NCBI GenBank assembly: GCA_000934665.2
Contig: KZ538795.1
Coordinates: 1 to 47,214, forward strand
Direction of reading: 5' to 3'
DNA length: 47,214 nucleotides
DNA from: Catajapyx aquilonaris
Taxonomy: Eukaryota
Below, one piece after another: positions 1 to 12,124 of the stretch (the stretch's first letter is position 1; the number at the start of each line of letters is the position of its first letter). Position numbers and translations under genes: made by a program. The notes below the pieces were generated by a model. The model was not told where the DNA came from. It saw nothing but the letters and a program-made list of their open reading frames with translations, and did not search any database.

Positions 1-1192
1 TCAAGGAGCGATACTATCTATCCAATACCAAGATGGCTTCTAAAGGAACGTGCGATGGTATCCTCATTTCCCGTCTATGGATATAATACGTCTATGGGAG
101 GAGCAGTGGTGGGGTCCACAGGTAGTAGGCGTGGCAGAACTATTGTGATGGTGTTAGGAGGGGGTTCACAGGTAGTAGGAGCGGATAGGACTTGCCGTAC
201 CTAGGCCTGGCTCTCGCCACGCTGGTCTCGCCCCCGTGTCCGGCGTCGGCCCCGTACTCGGCCTGGCCGCCGCCACGCTGGTATCGCCTCCGTTTCCGCG
301 TTGGTCCCCTCTCTTCAGTCCGGACCCGCCACTCCCCCAGGGTACCGTGCCGCTCCCATGTTCCGTGGCCGCCAATAAAGTGTGAAGGTCTGCCCGCTCG
401 GGGTCCAGTAACCGCCTCGTCGCCAGTGTAATGGCCACGAACCGGGGAAGGGGTTGGAATCACAAGACTGGTGTCTAGCGCTAACACTGTATTACGATCT
501 ACATCTGCACCCATTAACGGGTGGCACCAGACTGAGGCCGAGGCCTGTACACACTCTCTGAGGCCCCCCTCGGTGGTGCCCTCTGGATGGTTCCTCCTTC
601 TCCCCCCCAGGGTATACAGCAGCAACCACATGTGCTTCAGAGACGGAGTGGTTAGCATCTCAGCCTTCCAAGTTCAATCCTCGGAGACTTTCATGTGGGT
701 AGAGTTTCAGTGGGTTCTCATTGCATTTGTGTTGATGGTCCTTCAGTTGTGTCTCCTTTGGAAGCCATATTTGGGCCTCGCTCTCTCAGACAATGAAGGG
801 CAGCCATGACTTTCAGCTGCTACAAGTTACTTAATATGGTGTAATAATTCCTGTAAAACAGCTGCATTATGCAGAGCATGTGCATTCAGGATCATGATAT
901 GCAGGACCCTGTAGGCATGAGCCCATTCATCATTGTAATGAACACTGAAAATATTTTTGATTGCTCCATGATGTAGCTTCAAGATATTAAGCAACTAAGC
1001 AATTACTAAGCACTGCAGAAATCTCTGTTGAAACCTTGCACAACGAAATGTATGGAGGGATGAAGACTATGACAATATTATTTTGAATTGTGGTTTTCTA
1101 CAAATGTATTATGCAAGTACACAAATGGTCTTGCATTTGTGATCATCTTCTGCAGCACCTCTAATCAACTCTTGTGACCTTCTCATCTACAG

Positions 1193-4100
1193 GTGGAGAT
1201 CCAGGACAACGAGGGTGCTGGAATGAATCCTGGGACACCAGAAGCTGCCACGAAACATGGGAATGGCGCGCATAAGGTACAGCAGCTGCATGATAAACCA
1301 TGCTGTGTCGGTCATCTTCAGACTCCGCCTAGTGCTGGGTACAAAATCTGTGTTGGTCAAGGAAAGTGGGGAGGGAGTAACCGATTGTGTGGGAGTTACC
1401 GGGGGGCAGCACATGGCGTGACTGATCCGGTCAGAATTTTCCTGTGGCCATTGTAAAGATACCACAGTTTGTGGGCGTAGTACTTTATTTACGCAAAGAG
1501 GAAAATAATAATGGTGTACGTTTTTGCTCAGGTGGAAGTGCAGCGTGGAACAAGGCAATCCAAACTGAAGGCTCGACAGAAGATGTCGGAAATGAGGGAA
1601 AGTCACTCTGGAAGGGGCAGCGACTCTGACAGTGGAGACAGCAGTGAAGACATAGCGATTTCTGACCTTGAGAGCGAGTCATCTGAGGATGAGGTTCGTA
1701 CTTATTTGAGGACTGGTGCTGATCAAGGCTGTTTCAGGTGTTGGTTCTCAAATCTCAGTCTGCAGGAGGCCATGAGTGGCCTCCACACGGGCTGAAAATT
1801 ATTTTAAAGCCGATTTACTATACCTGTTTTCCCGATTAATACCACTGCAGTCAGTAGCGTTGTGGTGATGGCCGTCTCCCTCTTCTGCTTCAATCTGTCC
1901 CCTTTCTCGTATTTTCCCTACTTGTGGTTTTCAATTACGGGACGCCAAAACAACTTTGTAACACATCTGGACTTCGAGTCTAAGGGACATGTTGATGAAA
2001 TGGGAGGCAGGGCTGATGAATTGTCCTAAGGGCCTTCCTTGCTAATATTGGAATGTGGCTTCTTGTATGCGGTGTAATGGCAGTTAACATTAAGTTTATT
2101 AATTAATAGATATACTGTAGATATGGATACCATGTATACAGGGTGAATCTGAACTCAGTGCCCCGACGTATATGACTGCCTTCCTAGCCACCAGAGGATC
2201 GATTTAAGTATAGGAGTCATTATGTCTGGGCAGCCTCATTACGGAGATAATTGGCCGCAAACATGTAGTACAAAATATCCTGTCGGTTAGGCCACCCATC
2301 GAACCCTCCCCCAGTCAGAAGGCTCTGGAAGGTCTGGGGGCGGGACTTTGTTGGTTTGTTGCCCACAGGTGGTAAGGCCTCTTTGGCTAGTTACACCAGA
2401 AAATTCTATTTAAAAGGCAGAAGGAGCGATTAGGCAAAAATCGCTAAAGAGTGTATCTCAGTAATGAGGCTGCCCAGACATAATGACTCCTATACTTAAA
2501 TCGATCCTCTGGTGGCTAGGAAGACAGTCATATACGTCGGGGCACTGAGTTCAGATTCACCCTGTAGAGAAAGAGACTCGCTGTGCTACAATTTGAAAAT
2601 ACGAGGAGTGATCAAAAAGTAAGGTCTCCAAGGCTGTAACCTTTATTCTGTATGAACACAAATGACGAAACTTACAGGGTACATGAGGACAATGGACATC
2701 TACTTTTCTACATAGTTTCCACACCGAAGAACGCACTTGTCCCATCGCCAGACCAGTTTCGCAATCCCTTCCCAATAGAAAGGGGTGCCCTGTTGACAGC
2801 ATCAGTCACGCAGCCTTCTTCATCTCATCGTCGCTTCGGAAATGCTGACCTGCCATGTCTGCTGTCAGGGCTCAGAATAAGTGATAGTCTGTGAGGGCTA
2901 GGTCGGGACTATAGGGTGTGTGAGGAAGAACTTCCCAGTCATATCCATTCAGCAAAGCCATGGTGTCCCTCAATGTGTGCGGACGGGTGTTGTCGTGGAG
3001 AAGGATGACCCCAGCAGTGAGCAATCCTGGTCGTTTCCACCTGATGGCCTTCTGCAACTTCGCCAGGGTCACTGCGCTCCGAATTGATAGTCGCAACTTC
3101 CAGGATTGCTCACTGCTGGGGTCATCCTTCTCCACAACAACGCCCGTCCGGACACATCGAGGGACACCATGGCTTTGCTGAATGGAAAGGACTGGGAAGT
3201 TCTTCCTCACACACCCTATAGTCCCGACCTAGCCCTCACAGACTATCACTTATTCAGAGCCCTGAAAGCAGACATGGCAGGTCAGCATTTCCGAAGCGAC
3301 GATGAGGTGAAGAAGGCTGCGTGGCTGATGCTGTCAACAGGGCACCCCTTTCTATTGGGAAGGGATTGAGAAACTGGTCTGGCGATGGGACAAGTGCGTT
3401 CTTCGGTGTGGAAACTATGTAGTAAAGTAGATGTCCATTGTCCTCATGTACCCTGTAAGTTTCGTCATTTGTGTTCATACAGAATAAAGGTTACAGCCTT
3501 GGAGACCTTACTTTTTGATCACTCCTCGTATATATCTTATGCTCAACTCGAAATTTCCTGTGGTAGTAAAAATCTTAATCGCGATTTTCAACTAAACAGT
3601 TGCAGTTATCAAAAGATTGACAAGTACGTATTTATTCTTAACCTCACTCTCTTTAACATTTGTTTGAGTTGTCTTTTGATAATCTTATCTGCTTAAAACA
3701 TGAAGTAAGATTACCTGTTTTTGCTGCCATTTTTCCGAGATGGCAGCTGGAATATGTAGGGGAAATCATGGCGAGAAGTTGATTTCCAAACTTGTGATCA
3801 CGGCCATAGAATATCAGGTCTGGTCACTCCCACCCACCCCCCGGCCGACGTGTTTTGCAGAAGTTGCTCACTTGAGAGCGCCATGAGACATTTCAGTCTC
3901 CGGTCAAGTGGCGACCCTACCGGACTAGGCTGAACTTTATAGGTACAAAACTAAAAAAAGGGAAGCGCTACATTGGTGGACCCAACATGGGCGCCGGCGG
4001 CCATTTTGGGCCCGCATGTAGCGCTTCCCATTTGTGCCTATAAAGTTCAGCGTTAGTCCGGTAGGGTCGCCAGTTAAACGGAGGCTGAAATGTCTCATGG

Positions 4101-5912
4101 CGCTCTCAAGTGAGCATCTTCTGCAAAACGCGTCAGCAGGTGATAACAGCAGAAAGTAGTATGACTGTCTGGGGGCTGCTTCTGATCATGCTTAGCAACT
4201 TCCCGCAAACATATCCAAATTAACATGAAATATTAGCGAAAGATATTTCTTGAACAATACAGGGCGTCCGCAATGAACCTCCTTAGTTTCAACTTGCTGC
4301 CATATTTTCCATTCAATTTTTCATGTTTTTCTGCAAACTCGGGGAAGAAAGGACATGGGGGGTAAGGATGGGGATTTTTAGGGGAGGAGACACGGGTTCA
4401 TGTGCAATGTCGGAATGTGCAGTGTTCCAGGAGGTTAGGTTGCCGGAGGCCTCCAAGGCGTGGGTCAGAGACCCGGTCCTGAGGCAGGCGAAGGGGAACG
4501 CCCAGGCGGGGATCGAACCCGGGACCTTTCACTCAGTAAGCCGAGACGCTGCCAACTCGGCCACCACGCCTCCCCGCTTAGAACCAGTTATTACCCATAG
4601 ACACTGAATTTGTTTGTTTATTGTTGAATGAACCACCGAATACATCATGTAGGGAACAGCACATGCCATATTGGATTGACATTTTGTGCAAGGATAGGGG
4701 TTGCAGGATTTGACTATAACGTTGACCTCATTGACCAATTGTGGTGGTGGTCTCTTTCAGACTTATTTGACCAAGGTCAATTCAGGACCTGCCACAAGTC
4801 CAGCATCAGAAGACGGGGATGGAAGCATGGAGTTATCAGGCAGTGGGTTGAGTTCCCCTTCCAGAACGACCTCTGATTCACGATCAGGACTGACAGGAAA
4901 AGAAGCTAATGGCACTGCAACCCATACAGCAGTGAGGCCACAAGAAAGCACTGGAAAGGGGCAGTGTGAATGCTCCACTTGTGGGAAGAGGGACCGTGAT
5001 CCCATCAATATTACCCACCCAAAGAAGCCCCACAAGAAACCCCTTCAGTTTACCTGCACCATATGTGACAGGAAGTATGCATCGCTACGTAACCTGGAGC
5101 GCCACAATTATCAAATCCACGGGAAAGGAGCAGGAAAGAAATATCAGTGTCACCTGTGTCGCAGATATTACCGCAGTGAAAAGTACCTCACATATCACAG
5201 GCTGCGCATTCACACACGGGATTTGCCATACAAATGTGACACTTGTGAGAAGAGATATCAATGGCGTAGTGAATTAATGGCCCACAAGCGGACGCACAGT
5301 GGAGACCGTGCCTTTGCCTGCAACTTGTGTGACAAGACATATATAACTCGAAGTGGATTACATACTCACAAAATATACATGCACAATAAGCAACCAGCGA
5401 AACAGTGCCAGTGCCCCTCGTGTCCCGAAAAATTTGCAAATAGAGTTGCCTTGATGTATCACAAGAAGAAACATCAGAGGCAGAACAAGCCAAACCAATG
5501 TGCCACTTGCGGGAAGCAGTTCCATTCTTTGAACCAATTAGCAGCACACGAGCGAAGCCACACTTCAGAACGTCCCTATGCCTGCAAATTATGTGACAAG
5601 ACGTATGCCACCCGTGCAGGCTTATATATGCACAATAAAAGAGTCCACACGGAGGGTGGAGGTAAGACAATCCAGTGCAACTTGTGTCCCAAAAAATTTG
5701 CAGTGAAAACCCACCTAACAATTCACATGCGCACTCACACTGGGGAGAAGCCCTTTTCCTGTCTCGTGTGTGGAAAGGGCTTTACTCAGAAGCACCACGT
5801 GGAGCAGCACATGCGCTTCCACATTGGGGAGAGGCCCTTTGTGTGCACCGTGTGCAAGAAGGACTTTCTCATGAAGCACCACCTCCAGAGCCACATGAAG
5901 GCACTGCATTGA
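1193..5912 (+). CDS. C2H2 zinc-finger protein, copy 1 (5' incomplete); exons 1193-1276, 1532-1693, 4761-5912
   Basis: Terminal exon encodes 10 C2H2 fingers with TGEKPF/HTSERPY-type linkers. Acceptor tctctttcag at 4760 is in frame. Two upstream phase-0 exons flanked by AG/GT (VEIQDNEG...HK; VEVQRG...SESSEDE) splice in frame. No start codon identified. Confidence 0.8.
2139..2564. mobile_element. Tc1/mariner-type MITE, ~111-bp TIRs, TA target duplication
   Basis: TA|CAGGGTGAATCTGAACTCAG... at 2139 and its reverse complement ...CAGATTCACCCTG|TA at 2564. Arms 2139-2249 and 2454-2564 are near-identical. Confidence 0.9.
2602..3528. mobile_element. Mariner-derived foldback element made of two inverted 3' halves of a D34D transposase gene
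   Basis: TA|CGAGGAGTGATCAAAAAGTAAGG terminus at both ends. Arms are 2602-3030 and 3100-3528. Each encodes LLH(D/N)N.RP...WEVLPHTPYSPDLALTDYHLF, and the left arm has 34 residues between the two catalytic Asp. Confidence 0.92.
3847..4134. mobile_element. Palindromic (foldback) MITE; second copy starts at 47085
   Basis: gacgtgttttgcagaag...cttctgcaaaacgcgtc is an imperfect palindrome over its whole length, and the same left arm recurs at 47085-47214. Confidence 0.8.
4340..4575 (-). mobile_element. tRNA-derived SINE
   Basis: Minus strand head has A box TGGCCGAGTTGG and B box GGTTCGATCCC (4501-4575), followed by a non-tRNA body. 3' boundary is approximate. Confidence 0.6.
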
Positions 5913-8179
5913 TCACCTTCTGATGAAGCAGCAACAATACAGAGTCTTCTCTGATCAGGAGGTTGGAATGGGGAAGAATTTATTGATGGAGTAGTCAGCA
6001 CTGCTCCGAACTCGGCGTGAGGTTTGGTCCACCTGCACTTTTAAAAAAAATCGAGGTGATATGGTGGAACTGACAACAGGAATGACACACTGCCGCACAG
6101 TGGTACCCCTACCCTGCTTTCATGGACAAAAATCTGAAACTCGTTCGATCTTCGTGAAACTCAGCATATTTATGTTGTTGGAGGTCCACATGCCATTTTT
6201 AGTGGTTTGAGCCCAATATGGACAATTTCGACAAGTTACATACCTGTGTGATAGATACGCACTTATAGGAACAGGTCGAATTTTCAGAGGTATGCCTATG
6301 CAGTCTTTTAAAACTTGAACATAGTTTGAAATTGTCTCTGTGGATGTAAACTGACTTGCCAGTGGAGTATCTGTGGATCAGAAAGAGTTCTTATTTTAAA
6401 ATTAGTGTATGAATGGAACCATATAAACTTGCAGGGACGTTGGTCATCTCCGCGAGTTGATATGGTTCAATAGTTGAGTGGAAAAATGTAAGGGATGTCA
6501 ACATGGCAAAGCACCGCATCCAGTAGCGATACGGCAGTGTTTTATTTTCGCTGGCGGATGTGACGTCATGATTGGGCGCAAACATGGGAGGCCTCGTGAG
6601 CTCTAACCAGGCATCGTAGAGCAATAGAACCTTCACTTCCTTGTACTGGTTTTTAAGAAGGAATCTCGCTACTTGCCGCTTGTGCACCATTTACCGACCA
6701 CCCTGCATATCCAAGCTATCCACCTTACTTGCAGACTCTCTGAGAGACCGGAAAATTTGTGTCATGACATCAGGCATGCACTTTCCTCTTGAAGTGCAGT
6801 ACATTTCGATGCTGATTAAAATAATAATGATATTGGAGAGAAAATAGGTCAAATATTAAAGGACAGCTTTTTATGCCAATGTTTTTGCAAACAGCAATCA
6901 TACTGCAACAAAGTTTCCAGGCCTGACGCAGGTCTCTCCAGTGATGTATGTTGCAACAACAGCATGATGATAATGAAAGTGTTGTTTTTCTGACCATATC
7001 TTGTTGCATTTGAATATTGCACCTCTGGTCAAGTATTCAGTACTCTCCTGTGCATATCAAACATGTACAGACGATCACCCGACAAGAATAACATGAATCA
7101 GAACTTTATTCCAAAAATGAACATGGCATGAAAATAGCACTGAGCGATTACCACCTCTCCATGCACATGAGAAAAATGGCTTGCAAGGCAGGGGTCTGAC
7201 CATTGCTATGAATGAATCGCAGCCCAATGTTTTATTCCGGGGGACGTGGAAATGGCAAACTCTTATGACAGAGGCCAGGGATTACTTGCATATACGAGTA
7301 AATGCCAGTAATCCCTGCAGAGGGATACAAGATCTTGTGTGGCTCGATGACAGATGCTGCAATATGGTTGGAAACTATGTTGATAAAAATTTTTTAATGC
7401 TCAGGCATTCAGGTGTATACCTAGTACTGTAATAAAAATCCTGGATGGAAGGCATCGTTGTTTCTCTAATAAGAACAGAATGCAAGTTACTTTCTGGTCG
7501 ACCAAATTGAATTACTCTTTGGGTGAAGTAGTTTAGTTGATTTTTTTTCCTGAAAGCATTGGCTTGACAGTGTCACATCGGACACAGACTGGTGATGGGC
7601 ACATATCTTGTCAGGCCTGTTGGATCCCACTTCCACTTATCAAAACCTTTGAAGCAAGCTGGATGTGTAGAGTTGGGCAACACAACACATGAATGAATAT
7701 AGCTGCCAACATTATTTTTTATATTTTAATTTGTGTAGTACTTTGGCCAAATTGTGCACCTAAATGTATCTGTCAAATCAGAGAAGTTGGCATGTAAACC
7801 TAACTGGATCTCAGCAGTAGGGAAATGTGAAATGAAGTTGCCTAAAGAGCCAGAGCCAGAGAAAAACAGTTTGGTCCTATATGCATATGTCTACCTTGTT
7901 GTGGCCCGGCCTCCCTTCCCTTCTGTACTTAAGACGGAAAAAAAATTTATTTGGAGCATTTTGGAGAACGTCCCACGAGGGTGTCCCATTTTGGTGGTTG
8001 TCACCATTTGGCAACATGAGTTGCGAGATAGGCTACTGTTGTTTGTTTGTTTGTTGTTGGAGCAAGCACCAAATTAATAGAGAACAGCACATTCCAAATT
8101 CGATTGACATTTTGTGCGAGACTACAGATTACGGGATTTGATTATAACATTGACCCACTGTGGTTGTTTTCTTTTCCAG

Positions 8180-9304
8180 CCTTGCTTGGCCGAGGTCAAT
8201 TCAGGTCAAGCGACAAGTCCAGCATCAGAAGACGGGGATGGAAGCATGGAGTTATCAGGCAGTGGGTTGGGTTCCCGTTGCAGAACCACCTCTGATTCAC
8301 GGTCGGGACTGACAGGGAAAGAAGCTAATGGCACTGCAACCTATACAGCAGAGAGGCCACAAGAATGCACTGGGATGAGGGACCATGATCCCATCAATAT
8401 TACCCGGCCAAAGAAGGGCAACAAGAAACCCCTTCAGTTGACCTGCACCATATGTGACAGGGAGTATGCATCGCTACGTAGCCTGGAGCGCCACAATTAT
8501 CAAATCCACGGGAAGGGAGCAGGAAGGAAATATCAGTGTCACCTGTGTCGCAGATATTACCGCAGTGAAAGGTACCTCACATATCACAGGCTGCGCATTC
8601 ACAAGCGGGATTTGCCATACAAATGTGACATTTGTGACAAGAGATATCAATGGCGTTGTGAATTAAAGACCCACAAGCGGATGCACAGTGGAGACCGTGC
8701 CTTTGCCTGCAACTTGTGTGACAAGACATATATAACTCGAAGTGGATTACATACTCACAAAATATACATGCACAATAAGCAACCAGCCAAGCAGTGCCAG
8801 TGCCCCTCGTGTCCCGAAAAATTTACAAATATAATTGCCTTGAAGTATCACGTGAAGAAACATCAGAGGCGGCAGAACAAGCCAAACCAATGTGCCACTT
8901 GCGGGAAGCAGTTCCATTATTCGAACCAATTAGCAGCACACGAGCGAAGCCACACTTCAGAACGTCCCTATGCCTGCAAATTATGTGAGAAGACATATGC
9001 CACCTGTTCAGGCTTATATACACACAATAAAAGAGTCCACACGGAGGGTGGAGGTAAGACAATCCAGTGCGACTTGTGTCCCACAAAATTTGTATCGAAA
9101 TCCAAACTAACAGTTCACATGCGCACTCACACTGGGGAGAAGCCCTTTTCCTGTCTCGTGTGTGGAAAGGGCTTTACTATGAAGCACCACGTGGAGCAGC
9201 ACATGCGCTTCCACATTGGGGAGAGGCCCTTTGTGTGCACCGTGTGCAAGAAGGACTTTCTCATGAAGCACCACCTCCAGAGCCACATGAAGGCACTGCA
9301 TTGA
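8180..9304 (+). CDS. C2H2 zinc-finger terminal exon, copy 2 (10 fingers)
   Basis: Intact ORF highly similar to 4761-5912, with an in-frame phase-0 acceptor cttttccag at 8179. Flanking intron and 3' sequence are also duplicated (~8040-9440 vs ~4610-6040). Confidence 0.85.
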   Translation, partial: PCLAEVNSGQATSPASEDGDGSMELSGSGLGSRCRTTSDSRSGLTGKEANGTATYTAERPQECTGMRDHDPINITRPKKGNKKPLQLTCTICDREYASLRSLERHNYQIHGKGAGRKYQCHLCRRYYRSERYLTYHRLRIHKRDLPYKCDICDKRYQWRCELKTHKRMHSGDRAFACNLCDKTYITRSGLHTHKIYMHNKQPAKQCQCPSCPEKFTNIIALKYHVKKHQRRQNKPNQCATCGKQFHYSNQLAAHERSHTSERPYACKLCEKTYATCSGLYTHNKRVHTEGGGKTIQCDLCPTKFVSKSKLTVHMRTHTGEKPFSCLVCGKGFTMKHHVEQHMRFHIGERPFVCTVCKKDFLMKHHLQSHMKALH

Positions 9305-10858
9305 TCACATTCTGATGAAGCAGCAACAATACAGAGTCTTCTCTGATCAGGAGGCTGGAACAGGGAAGAATTGTCGATGGAGTAGAGTAGTCAACACTGG
9401 TCCGAACTCGAACTTGGCATAAGGTTGGGTCCACCTGCACTGGCAATGGTGGCCTCGAATGTTTGCCTCGTAGTGACTTATCAACAACTCTCTTCCATGT
9501 AGAGAACACCCCCCATAGAGACAGTGGCTGCAATGGTTAGCTGGAAGACTACCTAGCAAAGAGGCTTTTCCAGCACCCAACATTCCATAGTTGCAAACTT
9601 TGTGCAAATTTTGTTAAACATGACATTCGTCATATTTTATCAAGGGCATCTACTAAGACTGAAACTTTTTGTACGTGTAAGTTAGTTTATGTACGTCCAA
9701 GCTTACATGTTTTCCTGGGAACATGTGGCGGAATTATGAAATGTCTTTGTTTCCTTATTATTACTTCACATATATTAGTCGTGTGGCAATAAAGTTATTT
9801 CATATCGATAAAATCGGAATCGGCAGTTGTGTACTCATACATTGCGAGCTTACAGCCTCTCTCAAATGACTTCTTAGGTGCCCAACTGGTAGAGCCCAGA
9901 TGCATTAACATCTAACAACCTTTAGGCCCTGAAGAAAGACATTGTCTTTCGACAGAGAAGGTAATTTTTCCTAATGACCAAAATGAACTTGCTGCAGTAA
10001 TAATGCCGTAATGCTGCTTTGCAATGTCTGATCAGCATGTCAAGTCATGCAAACGCCTGAGGCTAGACACAAGCGAAGAAGAGCACTTACCTGGTACTAC
10101 TGATTGTGTTCAAAGTGCCAATTTTATGTAATTTTTTGACATCGCCAGAAAAACCTTAGCTTATTTGCTCGCATTTTCCTAGAGCGAAGACCTAGAAAGC
10201 CACTTGCTTTGCTCGCTTGTTCCTAGGCCTGCAGCATGTGGTGGCGGAGGCCATTATTATTGTTGATCACTTTGGACGGGCTGGTGGTAATTTCATTTTC
10301 ATGCATTTCCAGGTTTTCCTTAATTTGATCGCTTGGATGTAATCCTTAAAACGGGTATGCTGTACCAGCAGCTTGTACTCACTTCTGGAGTTTTCTCAGA
10401 AACATTAACGGCCAGCCTCTTTTGTACTTTGGTGTAAATACTAATATTATTTGAACAAGATCGCAAAATTCTAATGACGGAACAGAATAATCGAATTCTG
10501 CGCTGGTCCCCTTGGCCTCCAGTCAGCACACTGTATATTATCTACTACCTAGAAATAAGATCAAATCTAGTGGCAGAGGATATCGTATCTTGATGTGCAA
10601 ATATTATTGGGTGTTTGAACTGGTATGCTACGTCGTGCAACCGGCTTAAATGAGCCACTGGAGAGGGAGAGATTCGTTCCGAACCCGATTTGCAACATTC
10701 CGCGGTGTCAGTTCTCTTCTTCAATTTCCAACAGTGTCAAGTGAGTTTGGGGAGTTGTCGTGTTGGACCAGATCAGGGCAAACAAAAGGGAGGGGGTGGA
10801 TATGGAAGGTGGGGGTCGGGGTCTGAGCTGTCACTGGGGCCAGGAAGGCACGTTTCAG

Positions 10859-11866
10859 ATGAGAGTGCACTGCCTGATGGACACAGTCTTCTGAACGGCC
10901 CTAGGAGGGACAAGGTCAAGGCGGAGGATGAGGGAAGGAGAGGAGGATTTGGAGGGGCCACTGCCAGATGAGGAACTCACTGCCCAGCTGAACCACCAGA
11001 CGAGTTCATCTTGGCAGGCCATCATCAAGGAGGAGGGATGGGGCAGGTCAGAGCCTGGCATTACATGCTTTCATTACAAACCATAATGTCATGCCACTTT
11101 TTGTGTAGGTGGACAGTAGCCCAAGACAATCAAACCTGGAGGCTCAGGAGGAGAGGGAATAAACGAGGGAACAGCAAGTTGGGGGAGGCAGCACTAGTCA
11201 TCTGAGTATGAGATACGCAGCATAATATTATACGTATCAACACGGAGGAAATTCTGCTCATTTAGCTGAAGTTTCCCAATAAGCTGGAGGTACAGCTTGA
11301 CTCGAAAGTCAGGATTCATAGGTATAGTAATTTGCAGTATTGTTGGTTTCCAGTTGCGGAAACTCTAAAACGGCCAACTGTGCCAACTCATCCTTTTCTG
11401 ACTGTCAACAAACTGCTAGTTGGCACAACTGGAAACCAACAATACAATCCAGCAGTATTACTCATGTACCCTGACTTTCGAGTCACCCTGCTGTATATCA
11501 TTTGGAAGCATTCAAAAGTAATATAACACCGAATAGCACATAATTATTTTTTGCTCAGTTTCGCGCCTGGCTCCATATTTTTTGGCCAAGATATGTCATG
11601 GCTCCTCATCAAGGTGGCACACCCGTTTAGCGCCACTGCCTTCTGATGACCTGATCGGGTACAGTGACTGGGAGCGGTTACATTAAGTGACTTGGAGGGA
11701 AAAATTGCTAACCACTATAGATGTATCTATTGGGACTTTGCCCAATGAAATGTAATGAATTCTATGGTGATATATTTTTTTCTAATGTGGTTTCTACAAA
11801 AAACTAATGTATTATGCAAGTACGGTCTTGCATTTGTGATAATCTTGTGCAGCGCCTCTAATCAAC
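10859..11866 (+). pseudogene. Degraded 5' exons/intron of a further paralog of the zinc-finger gene
   Basis: 11109-11212 aligns to exon 1532-1693 but has an in-frame TAA and a lost donor (AT for GT). 11720-11866 resembles intron 1020-1170. 10859-11046 is an AG/GT-flanked segment with VKAED and IKEEG in different frames. Confidence 0.55.
11293..11490. mobile_element. Small Tc1/mariner-type MITE
   Basis: TIRs cagcttgactcgaaagtcagg / cctgactttcgagtcaccctg, plus an internal inverted pair gtattgttggtttccagttg / caactggaaaccaacaatac. Confidence 0.65.
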
Positions 11867-11891
11867 TGAATGAAGTAGAATCCTTTATAGG

Positions 11892-12124
11892 TATATGTTC
11901 CTGGGCTTAGCTCAATTTTGACATTTTTGTGGGTTGACAAATTATTTCATAACACCGTCCATGCTCATCTCCAGTTGTGAATTAACTTTCCAGTCAAATT
12001 GTGGCAGATTTCGCCACCTTGACTTTCACTTAATGAAGCTTTGCTAACCTTTGGGTGTATGTTCCTGGGCTTAACTCAATTTCGACATTTTTGTGGGTTG
12101 ACCCATTATTGCATAACAGCGTCC
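11892..12124. repeat. Two ~70-bp direct repeats (11892-11960, 12055-12124)
   Basis: tatgttcctgggctta.ctcaattt.gacatttttgtgggttgac..attatt.cataaca.cgtcc occurs twice. Confidence 0.8.

Noticed and set aside
1..800. GC-rich ORFs with short internal direct repeats, possibly a retroelement remnant
   Set aside because: No recognisable gag, protease or RT motif could be read, so left unannotated.
2872..3369. Functional mariner transposase
   Set aside because: Only the C-terminal part is present, with a stop, a frameshift and a D>N catalytic change; no N-terminal DNA-binding region.
4501..4575. tRNA gene (also 30400-30470 and a B-box at ~43500)
   Set aside because: A/B boxes are present but I could not build a clean cloverleaf, and non-tRNA bodies follow. 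Treated as SINE heads.
6090..7750. Possible decayed DNA transposon pieces (CACAGTGG at ~6095, CAGGGTGG on minus strand at ~6705, TTAA|AGGACAG at ~6856)
   Set aside because: Single unpaired termini and no convincing transposase frame.
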